From NCBI RefSeq assembly GCF_028368995.1, contig NZ_JAQNDL010000001.1, forward strand, positions 1,728,001-1,792,000: 64,000 nucleotides of DNA. Reading direction: 5' to 3'. Below are positions 22,343 to 33,059 of the stretch, in pieces. The stretch is from Nannocystis bainbridge. GTDB lineage: Bacteria > Myxococcota_A > Polyangia > Nannocystales > Nannocystaceae. Position 1 is the stretch's first letter, and every line of letters starts with the position of its first letter. Position numbers and translations under genes: made by a program. A model generated the notes under the pieces. It made no database searches, had not been told where the DNA came from, and worked only from the letters and a program-made list of their open reading frames with translations.

Positions 22343-24421
22343 GTGGAGCCGACACTGCAGACCAGCGTGGATGAAGCCGCACCGATCCCCGCGCGCGTGT
22401 TCCAGCTGCTCGCCGCGGCGACCGAGCAGAAGCTCGCGCCGCCGCCGACGCACGCGCCTCGCGAGGCGTTCGGGCTCGAGGCGTGGGACGTCGGCGCCGC
22501 CCGGGCGGTCCAGCAGGCGGGCCTCAAGGCCGCCCGCTTCAACATCGAGACCGCCGACGACCTGGCGCGCCTGTGCGCCCTCGATGCCCCGGCGTTCTCC
22601 CTGATCGGCGGCCGCTGGGTCGTGCTGCTCGGGACCCGCCGCGGCGCGCTCGACCTGGTGGTGATCGACGGCCGCAGCGAACGCCGCCAGCGCGTGCGCC
22701 CGGCCGAGCTGATGGCGTGGATGCAGCCCCGCGGAGCGCCGCGCCCGAGCCACCCGTGGCTGGCGATCGAGCCGCGGATGATGCTGGCGCCGCTGTCGTT
22801 CCCGCCGACCGAGTTCATCCGGTTGATGCGGACCTTCGTGCTCGAGAAGCGCGACGTGTACGTCATCAGCGTCTACGGCGCGGTCATGGCGGTCGTCTCG
22901 CTGGCGGTCCCGATCTCGGCCCAGGCGCTCGTCAACACCATCTCGGTCAACGCGCTGGCGCAGCCGATCTTGATGCTCTCGGTCATGTTGATGGTGGCCC
23001 TCGGCGCGATCGCGGTGCTGCGCGTGATGCAGTTCACGGTCGCCGAGCGGATCTACCGCCGCCTGTGGGTGCGCGGCGTGGCCGACTGGATCCGCCGCAC
23101 GTCCCGGGCCTCGCGAGAGTCGCGGCAGGAGATCTCGAACCGCGAGCTGTGCAACCGCTACATGGACATGCCGATCTTGCAGAAGGACTTCTGGTCGCTG
23201 CTGCTCGACGGCACCTCGCTGACGATGGTGAGCGGGGCCAGCCTGGTGCTGCTGGCGTTCTATCACCCGCTGCTGCTCGCGTTCGACGTCGTGCTGCTGG
23301 TCGGCATCGCCCTCGTGATGCTCGCGGGCCTCGGCGCCGAGGGGCGCGCGGTCTACGAGTCCCACACCAAGTGGTCGCTGTTCGGCTGGATCGACGACAT
23401 CGGCAACATGCGGATCGCGTTCTCGAACCCGCGCGGGCGGGCGCTGGCCGACGCCCAGGGCGAGGTGCTGGTGCGCAACTGGCTGCAGGCGCGCGGCAGC
23501 TATTACTCGACCCTGCTGCGCCACATCGTCACCGGCGCCGCGCTCGAGGTGCTGGCGACCGTCGGCGTGCTGGCGATCGGCGGCTGGCTGGTGATCTCGC
23601 GCGAGCTGACGCTCGGCCAGCTGGTGGCGGCGTCGGTGCTGGTGTCGCAGATCGGCGCCGGGGTCCGCGGCCTCGGGCAGCAGCTCGACCCGATCTACGA
23701 GGGCGTGGCCGCGATCGAGACCCTCGGCCGCACGCTCGACGCCAAGCTCGAGCCGCTCGGCGGCGAGGTCCTGCCGACGCTGGCGGGGCCGATGGCGGTC
23801 GACCTCAGCGTCGAACACACGCAGCTGGCGATCGAGCCCGGCCAGCGCGTCGGCCTGGTCGGCGGCAACGACGGCCACAGCCGCGTGCTCGACCTGCTCT
23901 ACGGGCTCTACGACCGCAAGCCGCCGGTGACGCTGGCGGGCCGCCTCGACGGCCGCGACGTCGCCCAGCTCGAGCTCGACAGCCTGCGCGGGCAGGTGGC
24001 CCTGGTCCGCGGCGGCGAGCTCGTGGGCGCGTCGCTGCTCGAGAACCTGGTCGGCCCCGACTGGCAGGGCGACCACACCGAGCTCGACGAGCTGCTCGAC
24101 CTCGTCGACCTCCGCACCACCGTGCTCGCCCTGCCCGGCGGCCTCGATCAAGAGCTGCTGCCCGACGGCGACGGCGGCCAGCTGAGCGAGGCGCAGATCC
24201 GCCGGGTGGTGCTGCTGCGCGCGCTGGTCACCCAGCCCCGCCTGCTGCTGATCGATCAGGGCCTCGACCGGCTCGACCTCACCCCGCCGCAGCGCACGGC
24301 CCTGCTCGACTGGGTCTTCGACCGCGCCCGCCCGTGGACCCTGCTCGTCGTCACCGACAGCGTCGAGAGCGACGAGCTGCTGGCCCGCTGCGACATGCAG
24401 CACGCGCTCGACGCGGCGTGA
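22343..24421 (+). CDS. T1SS-type ABC transporter with degenerate NBD, copy 2 (paralogue of 17171..19246)
   Basis: Collinear similarity to copy 1; NBD motifs LVGGNDGHSR, LSEAQ, LLLIDQGLD, VVTD. Confidence 0.85.
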   Translation: MEPTLQTSVDEAAPIPARVFQLLAAATEQKLAPPPTHAPREAFGLEAWDVGAARAVQQAGLKAARFNIETADDLARLCALDAPAFSLIGGRWVVLLGTRRGALDLVVIDGRSERRQRVRPAELMAWMQPRGAPRPSHPWLAIEPRMMLAPLSFPPTEFIRLMRTFVLEKRDVYVISVYGAVMAVVSLAVPISAQALVNTISVNALAQPILMLSVMLMVALGAIAVLRVMQFTVAERIYRRLWVRGVADWIRRTSRASRESRQEISNRELCNRYMDMPILQKDFWSLLLDGTSLTMVSGASLVLLAFYHPLLLAFDVVLLVGIALVMLAGLGAEGRAVYESHTKWSLFGWIDDIGNMRIAFSNPRGRALADAQGEVLVRNWLQARGSYYSTLLRHIVTGAALEVLATVGVLAIGGWLVISRELTLGQLVAASVLVSQIGAGVRGLGQQLDPIYEGVAAIETLGRTLDAKLEPLGGEVLPTLAGPMAVDLSVEHTQLAIEPGQRVGLVGGNDGHSRVLDLLYGLYDRKPPVTLAGRLDGRDVAQLELDSLRGQVALVRGGELVGASLLENLVGPDWQGDHTELDELLDLVDLRTTVLALPGGLDQELLPDGDGGQLSEAQIRRVVLLRALVTQPRLLLIDQGLDRLDLTPPQRTALLDWVFDRARPWTLLVVTDSVESDELLARCDMQHALDAA

Positions 24422-24699
24422 ACGACGGCGGCGCTGCCCCCGAGGCAGCGCCGACTTCGAGAGGCGCGACTGCTCGCGGTCTTCGGAGCATCGACCTGGT
24501 GACCGGCCTCGTCCCGGTCGGCGCGCCCGTCGCAGCCGTCGAAGCTCGGCGCAGTGACTCATCGCGCGGGTCGGGCCGGCTTCGCCGACCACCCTCCGGC
24601 GCGACGCTGATGGGTCGTCGAACGAGCGAGCAGCACCGAGCGCCGCGCCGCGCCGCCTGCAGGTTGACGGCGGGTCCGCGGGTCGCTCATCGTCGGAGC

Positions 24700-25113
24700 A
24701 TGGCTTGGATCGCGCTGCCCCTTGTCTTGTCCCTGGTCGCCCCCGCCCCGCCGCCGCAGGCCGAGGGTCCACCGCTCGACGCATGGGAGCTCGCGCAGCG
24801 CGACAAGCAGATCAAGCTCGGGTGGGAGCAGCGTGAGCGCCGGCTCAAGTTCGGGACCGGGCTTTTCGGCGTGTTGACGGGCGTGTCACTGGTCTCGGCC
24901 GCGGCGCTCATCCCGCTGTCGGGCAGCAGCGATCCCAGCTTCGATTGCGTCGGAAGATGCCCGCCAGATCCGATGATGACCACGGGCATCGTCATGGCGG
25001 TCGTCTGCACCGGCTCGATCGCGGCGACAGCCGTGCTCGGCGTCAAGCTGACCCGGCACCGACGCGCTCGCCCGGTCCAGGTCGGTCTCGGGGGCCTTCG
25101 CGTGGCGTTCTGA
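24700..25113 (+). CDS. Small exported/membrane protein
   Basis: Signal MAWIALPLVLSLVAPA, two hydrophobic segments, C-terminus GLGGLRVAF typical of small myxobacterial envelope proteins. Confidence 0.7.
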   Translation: MAWIALPLVLSLVAPAPPPQAEGPPLDAWELAQRDKQIKLGWEQRERRLKFGTGLFGVLTGVSLVSAAALIPLSGSSDPSFDCVGRCPPDPMMTTGIVMAVVCTGSIAATAVLGVKLTRHRRARPVQVGLGGLRVAF

Positions 25114-25419
25114 GCATCGCCGACCGCCGTCGCCGCGCGAGTCCGTCGTCGCGCGCAGCTCGCTCGTCGCTCGCTGCAGCGGCCCGGGTCACGTCGAGCT
25201 CGGCGATTGCCGATGCAGTTGCGTGCGCCGGTCCGTCCTCGCGCACAGATCGACCCGGCGACGATCGCTGCCGAGGTTCGCGTTCGCTGAGGATCAGAGC
25301 GGGCTGCTTCGCCAGCGATGCGGCGGCTTCGCGCGACCGGATTAAATGCCGCGAGCCGGTCGCCCAGGGGTGAGGGGCGACCGGCTCGCGGTGGGGTCAG
25401 TTCGGCCAGGGAGTCTCGA

Positions 25420-26661
25420 TTACATCAGCTGGCGGCGCTCGAACTCCGAGCGGAGCTTGCGCAGGGCCTGCTCCTGGAGCTGACGGATGCGCTCGCGCGA
25501 CAGCGAGTAGTTGGCGCCGATCTCCTTGAGGGTGAGCTCGGGCTCGCCGTCCATGCCGACGCGCTTGCGCAGGATGTCGGCCTCCATCGGCGACAGCTTC
25601 TCGAACACCTCGAGCAGGGCGTCCTGGAGGACGGCCGAGTCCATCAGCTCGGACGGGGCGACCTGGGTCGCGTCGACCAGGGTGTCGGCCAGGCTGCCCT
25701 CGCCGTCGCGGGTGGCCGGCAGCGAGAGGCTCAGCGGCTGGTCGATCAGCGACCAGCTCATCCGCTGGATGCGCTCCATGCTGATGCCGGTGGCCGAGGA
25801 CAGCTCCTCGTCGGTCGGGCAGCGGCCGTACATCACCTCGTACTCGCGGCGGGCGCGGCTGACCTTCTTGCACGCGTCGATCATGTGCAGGGGCAGGCGG
25901 ACGCTGCGGTCGGTGTCGACGATGGCGCGGGTGATGGCGTAGCGGATCCACCAGGCGGCGTAGGTGGCGAAGCGGCAGCCGCGGGTCGGGTCGAAGCGGT
26001 CGACGGCCTTCATCAGGCCCATGTTGCCGTCCTGGATCAGGTCCTGCAGCGGGATCGAGCTGCGGGCGAAGCGGCGGGCGATGGCGACCACGAGGCGGAG
26101 GTTGGAGCGCACGAAGGCGTTCTTGGCCAGCATCACCGCGTTGTGGGCCCGGCGGGCGGCGGCGACGTAGCGGACGAACGGGGCGCTGTCGCGGTACGGC
26201 GGCTTGACCTTCATGTTGGTGGCGACGCCGCGGTCGCTCTCGAGCCCGGTGAGGTCGGCGAGGATCGAGTCAGCCACCACGCTGTCGACGTCGGCGAACA
26301 CGAGGCGCTCGATGAGGGCGTTGCGCGCGGCGGTGAAGGCCTCCTCGTGGCTCTTGAGGACGCGGTCGCGGAGGGCGCGCGAGGTCTTCTCGACCGCCTC
26401 GAGCACGGCCGGCGGGACCGACTCGGCCGACAGGCGCTCGGCCACCAGGGCGCAGATCGCCGAGACGAACGGCGGGTAGGCGAGGAAGGCGGCCCACATG
26501 GTCTTGCGCAGCTCGATGAGGCGCGTCGCGGCGACGAGCTCCTCGTCTTTACCCATCACCGTGACATCGGCGAGCTCTCGGAAGTACCGCGCGGTCGTGG
26601 CACCACCGAACGAAGAGGTGGAGGTGCTGGCATTCCCGGAAGTGGCGATTTGGTTGAGCAT
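25420..26661 (-). CDS. RNA polymerase sigma factor, RpoD/SigA-like (non-primary)
   Basis: NLRLVVAIARR, DLIQDGNMGLMKAVDRFD, FATYAAWWIR, TLKEIG..LSRERIRQ; no region 1.1. Confidence 0.95.
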   Translation of the reverse strand: MLNQIATSGNASTSTSSFGGATTARYFRELADVTVMGKDEELVAATRLIELRKTMWAAFLAYPPFVSAICALVAERLSAESVPPAVLEAVEKTSRALRDRVLKSHEEAFTAARNALIERLVFADVDSVVADSILADLTGLESDRGVATNMKVKPPYRDSAPFVRYVAAARRAHNAVMLAKNAFVRSNLRLVVAIARRFARSSIPLQDLIQDGNMGLMKAVDRFDPTRGCRFATYAAWWIRYAITRAIVDTDRSVRLPLHMIDACKKVSRARREYEVMYGRCPTDEELSSATGISMERIQRMSWSLIDQPLSLSLPATRDGEGSLADTLVDATQVAPSELMDSAVLQDALLEVFEKLSPMEADILRKRVGMDGEPELTLKEIGANYSLSRERIRQLQEQALRKLRSEFERRQLM

Positions 26662-27314
26662 GGTGGACCCCTCGGCTGGCTCGATAAGCTTCGCAATGAT
26701 CAGATCAAGAGGACGTCAGGAGAACGCTACAGGGCATCAAGATCCCGTAAAGAACGACGTTAACTGCGAACTATGCGCGGTTTTTCTTCGACTTTGACCG
26801 ACTGTGACCGACTGTCGACGATTTTCGTCTAACTAACAAAGCTATCGAGGCTCGTTAATTTCGAGTTTGCCTCCCGTGTTTGTGGCCCCTGCACCCCACA
26901 TAATCGGCGGGAGCCCCGAAAACCGACGCAAGCCCGCTATGCACAGTCCGACGCGGCCCACCTCGCGCCCACTCCTACGAGTCGACCGACGCGCCGCGAG
27001 CCGAATCTTCACAGCTGCCGCGCGACGACTCCCTGTGTCACGAGGCGATCGAGCTGGCCGCCCGTGATGCGCGAGAGGTCGCGAGCCGCTGGTGGCCGAC
27101 GCGAAGCACGGCGGGAGCGACGACATGTCTTCGGGCAGCGCGTCGACGCGTGCCAGCGAACCGCCGCTCGCGGCACGACGCGCGCACGTTCGCGGCGCGT
27201 CGATGGTTCACCGAGTCCGCGCCGGCGTGTCTTCCGACAGATCGTCGGCTCATGCCGGCGAGCCGCGCTCCAACACGGCACGTCGGGTCGATCAGTGAGA
27301 ACACGTTGCCCGTT

Positions 27315-28214
27315 TTATGGCCACTCGCGCGCGCTGTCGGGCGGCAAGACGTTGGTGAACACGCTGGCGCGCAGGTCGGCGATGCGCGCGGCGGACGGCC
27401 GGCCGCCGGTGCGCGTGGCGACCATCGAGCGGCGAAACAGGCAGCCGTCGGCGCCGAACAGGAGCGAGCCGTCGTGGTCCCAGTCGGCCCAGTCGAGCTG
27501 GCCCAGCGCCTCGGACGACCGCTCGATTGCGCCGCTGCGCTCGACCAGGCGATAGCTGCAGACGCTGCCCGGACCGTTGACCTCGAACATGCCGAGCCAG
27601 CTGCGCTCGAGGGTCAAGCGCCGATGCACCGGGTTTTGCTTCTCGAAGGTCCACGGCTCGGCGAACACGACGCGCATCGTCGAATCCGGGCCGGGCACGC
27701 CGTCGACGCCGCGATTTGTCAGCGTCCAGCCCTGCGACGACTCGGGGGTGTTCGCGCCGCGCCGTGCGCGATACTCCGTGATGTGACCGATCTCGAAGTC
27801 GGGCGGGACCGTGCTGTGGTCATGGAGCTCGGTGATCACCCGGCCATAGTTGAGGATCAGCCTGCGGTTGCCTTCAAAAAAACCGCCGCCGCCCCAGGTG
27901 CTGCCGTCGGGCCACAGGGCCAGCGCGGTGAAGTACGGCGGGCGGCTGACGGCCGTGAAGGTCGCTATCTTGGTCTTGAACTTGCCCGCGAAGTAGACGA
28001 CCAGCCGGCCGTCGGGCGAGATGCCGCAGCGCTCGTCGTAGATGCGACCCGAGAGCCACTGGCCCGGCGTGACCACGTCGCGCGCGAGGTCCCAGCGCAG
28101 CATCTGCACCTGCTTGCTCGGCCCGCGACGAAATACCACCGCCGTGCGCGCGGCGCCGGCGACCAGCGCGAAGGTCCGCGCGCTCGCCCGCGTCTGCTTG
28201 CTGCGTTCGGCCAT
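27315..28214 (-). CDS. Hypothetical protein
   Basis: Clean high-GC3 ORF: AVVFRRGPSK, GQWLSGRIYDERCGISPDG, WADWDHDG. Confidence 0.8.
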   Translation of the reverse strand: MAERSKQTRASARTFALVAGAARTAVVFRRGPSKQVQMLRWDLARDVVTPGQWLSGRIYDERCGISPDGRLVVYFAGKFKTKIATFTAVSRPPYFTALALWPDGSTWGGGGFFEGNRRLILNYGRVITELHDHSTVPPDFEIGHITEYRARRGANTPESSQGWTLTNRGVDGVPGPDSTMRVVFAEPWTFEKQNPVHRRLTLERSWLGMFEVNGPGSVCSYRLVERSGAIERSSEALGQLDWADWDHDGSLLFGADGCLFRRSMVATRTGGRPSAARIADLRASVFTNVLPPDSAREWP

Positions 28215-28819
28215 CGCGGGCGAGCGTACTGCGAATGCCCCGGCTTCGGGGTCTCACTCGTCGCGGCTGCGGCGTCTCGACCATCGTGGGCCGGCGGCGG
28301 ATGTCGAGTCGGCGGCCGTCGCCGCGGGGCTCGTCGACTTCGGTGACAGCGCGCACGGATGCATGGGCCCGCACCAACATGACCGGAACCATCACGCCGA
28401 ATTGGAAGACGAGGTCGAACTCAATGAAGACGATGGCTGCGTCAACGAGGCGTTCCCGGGCGCGCTGAACGTTGTGGACGAGTCGGAGTCTTGCGGCCGC
28501 GGATGAGGGCGTGGGTGCCATCAGCGTCGTCCTGATTGGATGGCCGTGTCCGCTGCTGCTCGAAGGGGCGGCCGCGCCTCCAGCTCTCACGCGCCGAGGG
28601 GCCCTCCTCACGCTCGCGGGCCCGCGTCGCGCTCCCCCCCCTCGCTCACCGGCGGCCGATCCGGACGAGATCCCCGCGGCGGCGCCATGCCGGTCGTACG
28701 CGGCGCGCGTCTCGCTCCGCGACGGCACGACATGTCTCTTCGGACAGTTTTATATCTCCACAAGAACATGACGGCGCTCTCGACTCGCGGCACGGCGCGG
28801 CTGCTCGTCGCACTTCGGC

Positions 28820-31186
28820 ATGTCTCTCGGGACAGATCGCATGCGCGACCTCGCTCGCGGCCGATCTCGCGGAAACGCGCACGGACGGCAGCCAGTGCCC
28901 CGTAGGCGCGGTATCGGCGATCGCGCCGTCGTCGACCACACGCGCGATTTCATGCGCTCGCTGTGCCCCGGCGCGCTCGCACGCGGGCCTTTGCGGCGGT
29001 GCGTCCCGCGGCTGCGCTGCGCGACAAGACTTCCGGCCGGATGGCGCGGGCGCGGGGGGCCAGGGGTCGGAATCGAGCGCGGGGCGGAGGTCGGCACGAA
29101 GGCTCCGCTCCCGCCCTCGTTGCGGCCGCAGCTGGCCACGGCCGTCACCGCGCCGCCCGCGGGCAGCGGCTGGATCTACGAGAGCAAGCTCGACGGATAC
29201 CGGATCCTCGCGCGGATCGCCGGCGACGACGTCCGGCTGTTCACCCGCAACGGCCACGACTGGACCGCGCGCATGGGCCCCTTGCGCGACGAGCTCGCGC
29301 GGCTCGAGCTCTCGGCGGCGTGGCTCGACGGCGAGATCGTGGTCCTCGACGCCAGGGGCAGGCCCGACTTCCAGCGGCTGCAGCGCGCCTTCGACGACGC
29401 CAGCGCCGACGACATCGTCTACTTCGCCTTCGACCTGCTCCACCTCGATGGCCACGACCTCCGCCGCGTGCCGCTCGTCGAGCGCCGCGAGCTCTTGCGC
29501 GAGCTGTTGCTGGTCCGCCGCCCCGGCGAGCACCTGCGGTTCAGCGAGACGCTCACCGGCCCCGCCCAGCGCCTGCTGGCCAGCGCCTGCGAGCAAGGGC
29601 TGGAGGGCATCATCGGCAAGCGCGCCGACAGCCTCTACACGTCGTCGCGCTCGCCGGCGTGGATCAAGCTGAAGTGCACGCTGCGCCAGGAGTTCGTGGT
29701 CGGCGGCTACACCGAGCCGAAGGGCAGCCGCACGGGCTTCGGCGGGCTGCTGCTCGGGGTCCACGACGACGACGGCCAGCTCGTGTACGCCGGCAGCGTC
29801 GGCACCGGCTTCGACGACAAGGCGCTGCGCACGATCTTCACCCGACTGCGCGCGCTCGCGGTCGACCGGTCGCCGTTTCATGACCGGCCGCGCGACGTCA
29901 AGGGCCACTGGGTGCGGCCGGCGCTGGTCGCCGAGGTGTCGTTCAGCGAGTGGACGAGCGACGGCCGCGTGCGTCACCCGGTGTTTCACGGGCTGCGCAC
30001 CGACAAGGACCCGGCGACGATCGTGCGCGAGCGGCCGCAGGCGAGCCCGTCCGGGCGAGCGCGTACACCCGCGAGAGGGGCTGCCGTCGCGGCGCGCGCT
30101 TCGAGCGAACGAGGGCAAGCCCGTGCCAGCGCAGGCCCGCCAGACGTTGCCCCGCGCGCTTCGAGCGAACGAGGGCGCGCTCGTGCCAGCGCTGGCTCGC
30201 CAGGTACCGTCGCCGCGCGCGCGACGAGCGAGCGAGCGCGGGCCCGTGTAAGCGCTGGCCCGTCAGGCGCCGCCAATGCGCGCGCGACGGCCGATTCCCC
30301 GCGAGCCCCCGCGATCAAGGTCACCCACCCCGAGCGGATCGTCGATGCGCAGAGCGGGGCCACGAAGCTCGACCTGGTCCGCTACTACGAATCAGTGGCG
30401 GCGGCCATGCTGCCCCACCTCGCCGCGCGCCCGCTGTCCCTGGTGCGCGCGCCGACCGGGGTGGCGGGCGAGCAGTTTTTTCAGAAGCACGGCGAGACCG
30501 GCTCGCTCCCGGGGTTTCGTCCGCTCGCGGCGCGTCGCCCGGGCCGCCCGGCGCCGCTCGAGATCGCCAGCGCCGACAGCCTCGTCGCCGCCGCGCAGAT
30601 GAACGTGATCGAGTTCCACACCGGCAACGCTTCCGCGCCGGACCTCGAGCGTCCGGACCGCGTCATCTTCGACCTCGACCCCGGCGAGGGCGTGCCCTGG
30701 ACGGTGATGCAGGACGCCGCGCGCCTGACCAAGGCGATCCTCGAGCTCCTCGGCCTGCGCGGCTTCCTCAAGACCAGCGGCGGCAAGGGCCTCCACGTGG
30801 TCGTGCCGCTGCGACCGACCTGGTCTTTCGACCAGGTCAAGGATTTCTCGCGCGCCGTGGCCGAGCACCTGGCCGCCACGCTGCCGGCCCTGTTCGTGGC
30901 GAAGAGCGGCGCCCGCAACCGCCGCGGGCGGATCTTCGTCGACTATCTGCGCAACGGGCAGACGGCGACCACGGTGGCAGCGTTCTCGGCGCGGGCCAGG
31001 CCGGGCCTCGGCGTCAGCGTGCCGCTGGCCTGGACGGAGCTCGACAAGCTCACCGCCGGCGACCAGTGGAATATTTTCAACGTGCCCGCCCGCCTCGATG
31101 CGCTGCGCAAGGACCCGTGGGCCGGCTACGGCAACGACCAGACGCTCGACGCCGCGGCCGAACGCCTGGCCGGCTCGAGCCGTTGA
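28820..31186 (+). CDS. ligD: NHEJ DNA ligase D (ligase + polymerase domains, no phosphoesterase domain); true start probably near 29040-29100
   Basis: PQLAT, YESKLDGYR (adenylation Lys), LDGEIV, EGIIGKR, WIKLK, OB fold; PolDom motifs FDLDPG, KTSGGKGLHV and IFVDYLRN. Confidence 0.93.
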   Translation: MSLGTDRMRDLARGRSRGNAHGRQPVPRRRGIGDRAVVDHTRDFMRSLCPGALARGPLRRCVPRLRCATRLPAGWRGRGGPGVGIERGAEVGTKAPLPPSLRPQLATAVTAPPAGSGWIYESKLDGYRILARIAGDDVRLFTRNGHDWTARMGPLRDELARLELSAAWLDGEIVVLDARGRPDFQRLQRAFDDASADDIVYFAFDLLHLDGHDLRRVPLVERRELLRELLLVRRPGEHLRFSETLTGPAQRLLASACEQGLEGIIGKRADSLYTSSRSPAWIKLKCTLRQEFVVGGYTEPKGSRTGFGGLLLGVHDDDGQLVYAGSVGTGFDDKALRTIFTRLRALAVDRSPFHDRPRDVKGHWVRPALVAEVSFSEWTSDGRVRHPVFHGLRTDKDPATIVRERPQASPSGRARTPARGAAVAARASSERGQARASAGPPDVAPRASSERGRARASAGSPGTVAARATSERARARVSAGPSGAANARATADSPRAPAIKVTHPERIVDAQSGATKLDLVRYYESVAAAMLPHLAARPLSLVRAPTGVAGEQFFQKHGETGSLPGFRPLAARRPGRPAPLEIASADSLVAAAQMNVIEFHTGNASAPDLERPDRVIFDLDPGEGVPWTVMQDAARLTKAILELLGLRGFLKTSGGKGLHVVVPLRPTWSFDQVKDFSRAVAEHLAATLPALFVAKSGARNRRGRIFVDYLRNGQTATTVAAFSARARPGLGVSVPLAWTELDKLTAGDQWNIFNVPARLDALRKDPWAGYGNDQTLDAAAERLAGSSR
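30090..30295 (+). repeat. About 60-bp degenerate tandem repeats in the LigD inter-domain linker
   Basis: Encodes RASSERGQARASAGPPDVAP / RASSERGRARASAGSPGTVAA / RATSERARARVSAGPSGAANA. Confidence 0.8.
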
Positions 31187-31365
31187 GCGTTGACACTCGC
31201 CGGCCCCGGCTCTCCCGCGTCGCATGCATTCCGTCCGCACGCGGTCCGCGATGCATTGGCACCACTGCATGCGAACCCCGCCGCAGCGAGGTCATCGCCC
31301 CCACCAGGCCATCTCGAAGCCTCCGTATCTTCGCTATTGCACGCGGCACAGCGAACGCCCGACTC

Positions 31366-32183
31366 TCAACTGCCGAACAAGCAAACACATATTGGGTTGC
31401 CTCCTGCGTTCCCGCAGACGTCTCTTTGCACGACGCCCAGCTCGTCCAGTGCCAAATGGACGCTCTCCTCGGAGAGGAGCGCATTGTAGCGGATCGTCAC
31501 CCGGCTCGGCGCCGGAGCGCCATTCGCCACCAGCGCGTCGAGGATCTCCGCCGACATCAGCGCCTCGTTCCCATCCAGCGTGATCCGCTCGATCGCCCTG
31601 AGAGCGCCGAACCCGGCGAGGTCGCCAAGCGCAAGGTTGTTAGCGTCCGCGAACATGTCCGCGCAGACACCGATCCTGATCCAAACCAACGTCTCCAGCG
31701 CTTCAAGATGGATCGATTCGACTTTCGGGTTGTCGAAAAAAGAAATCCCGACGAGGTCACGCAGTTCGTCGAAACCAGCGACTGTCCTGAGATTCGTATT
31801 CCCCTGGACGATCATCGCACTAACCTCCCGAAGACTTCCGAGCCCTCGGTGGACTCCAGTTGTGTATTATACTGAACATCCAGCGATCCATCAATCGTAT
31901 GGATGCACTTCAGGAACGAGAGATCCCGCTGATCGCTCTCGTCGAAGAGGATGCGAAGGTCACCTTCGACGACACCGATATTCTCCAGGGCCGCCAAATC
32001 GGTGCTGTCGGTGACGATGAGCTTGCCCTCGTGAACCAAGCTGCAGGGCTCCGGTGCGGCTGTCGTGGAGCCCGGCATCGTTTCAGACATGACTGAAGCA
32101 TCGGCGGTCGAATTGTCGGCACCGCCGTCATCACGCGGCGGATCATCCCCGCACGCCGCCGAAAAGAGGGCGAAGATCATCAC
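31366..32183 (-). pseudogene. Receptor-L-domain/LRR-like lipoprotein split by a 1-nt frameshift near 31843
   Basis: Lipobox FSAAC and an AGGAGG RBS. Adding one base at GAG GGC^TCG gives ..STEGLGSLREVSAMIVQGNTNL, joining the two ORFs. Confidence 0.75.
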
Positions 32184-32242
32184 TACCCTCCTCGTCCAGG
32201 AACCCCTCCGTAGGCGGCTCCGGCGGGGGCCAGGGCCGTGCT

Positions 32243-33034
32243 TCACAGCATGTCGCCTTCGGGCAGCTCGATCCCGTCGTCGCGGCTCGACTCGTCCATG
32301 CGGCGGGCGCCTTCCAGCAGCAGCGCGGTGATCGAGCTGCCGATCTGGTCGCGCATCTCGACCGGCAGCGCGCGGAACTCGAACTGCCCGGCCGACCATT
32401 GGAGGGCGTGGTAGACGGTATCGACGTGGCGGGCCTCCGGGCCCACGTCCATGAACGCGTCGACGACCCGGCCCTGGGTCAGGAACAGGCGGCAGCGCTC
32501 CTGGGGGTGGTCGCGGTGCAGCACCAGCAGCCCGGTCTTGCGCTCCATCTCGAGCAGCACCAGCAGCGAGGCGACGCCGATGTCCTCGAGGTTGCCGTTG
32601 AAGCCGCGGGCGCTGGTCGGGGTGACCTCGCGGACCTGCTCGCGGGCGGCGCCGTGGAGGTGCTGGCTGCGGCGCAGCACGCTGGCGACGCGGGCCGCCA
32701 GCTCCTCGGGGCGGAACGGCTTGGGCAGGTAATCGTCGGCGCCGAGGCGGAAGCCCTGCAGCTTGTCCTCGGCCGAGTCGAGCGCGGTGAGGAAGATGAA
32801 CGGGGTCAGGGCCAGGCGCGGGGTGGCCCGCACGCGGGTGACGAGGGTCCAGCCGCTCATGCCCGGCATCATGACGTCGGAGATGACGAGGTCCGGCGGG
32901 TCGGCCATGGCCTTGGCGAGCGCGACGGTGCCGTCGCTGGCGGTCGTCAGCGCGTAGTCCTGGTCGCGCAGAGCCGCCAGGACGACTCGTTGAATCCACA
33001 GGTCGTCGTCGACGACCAAGATCTTGGCTGGCAT
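32243..33034 (-). CDS. Response regulator with DUF4388 (PatA-N-like) domain
   Basis: ILVVDDD, ISDVMMPGMSG, GADDYLPKPF; C-terminal GNLEDIGVASLLVLLEMERKTG. Confidence 0.9.
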   Translation of the reverse strand: MPAKILVVDDDLWIQRVVLAALRDQDYALTTASDGTVALAKAMADPPDLVISDVMMPGMSGWTLVTRVRATPRLALTPFIFLTALDSAEDKLQGFRLGADDYLPKPFRPEELAARVASVLRRSQHLHGAAREQVREVTPTSARGFNGNLEDIGVASLLVLLEMERKTGLLVLHRDHPQERCRLFLTQGRVVDAFMDVGPEARHVDTVYHALQWSAGQFEFRALPVEMRDQIGSSITALLLEGARRMDESSRDDGIELPEGDML

Positions 33035-33059
33035 GGCGGAGCTCCTGCTCGGTGGTTTG

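Noticed and set aside
28235-28520. Short lower-GC ORF candidates on both strands
   Set aside because: No recognisable motif, RBS or consistent codon bias.
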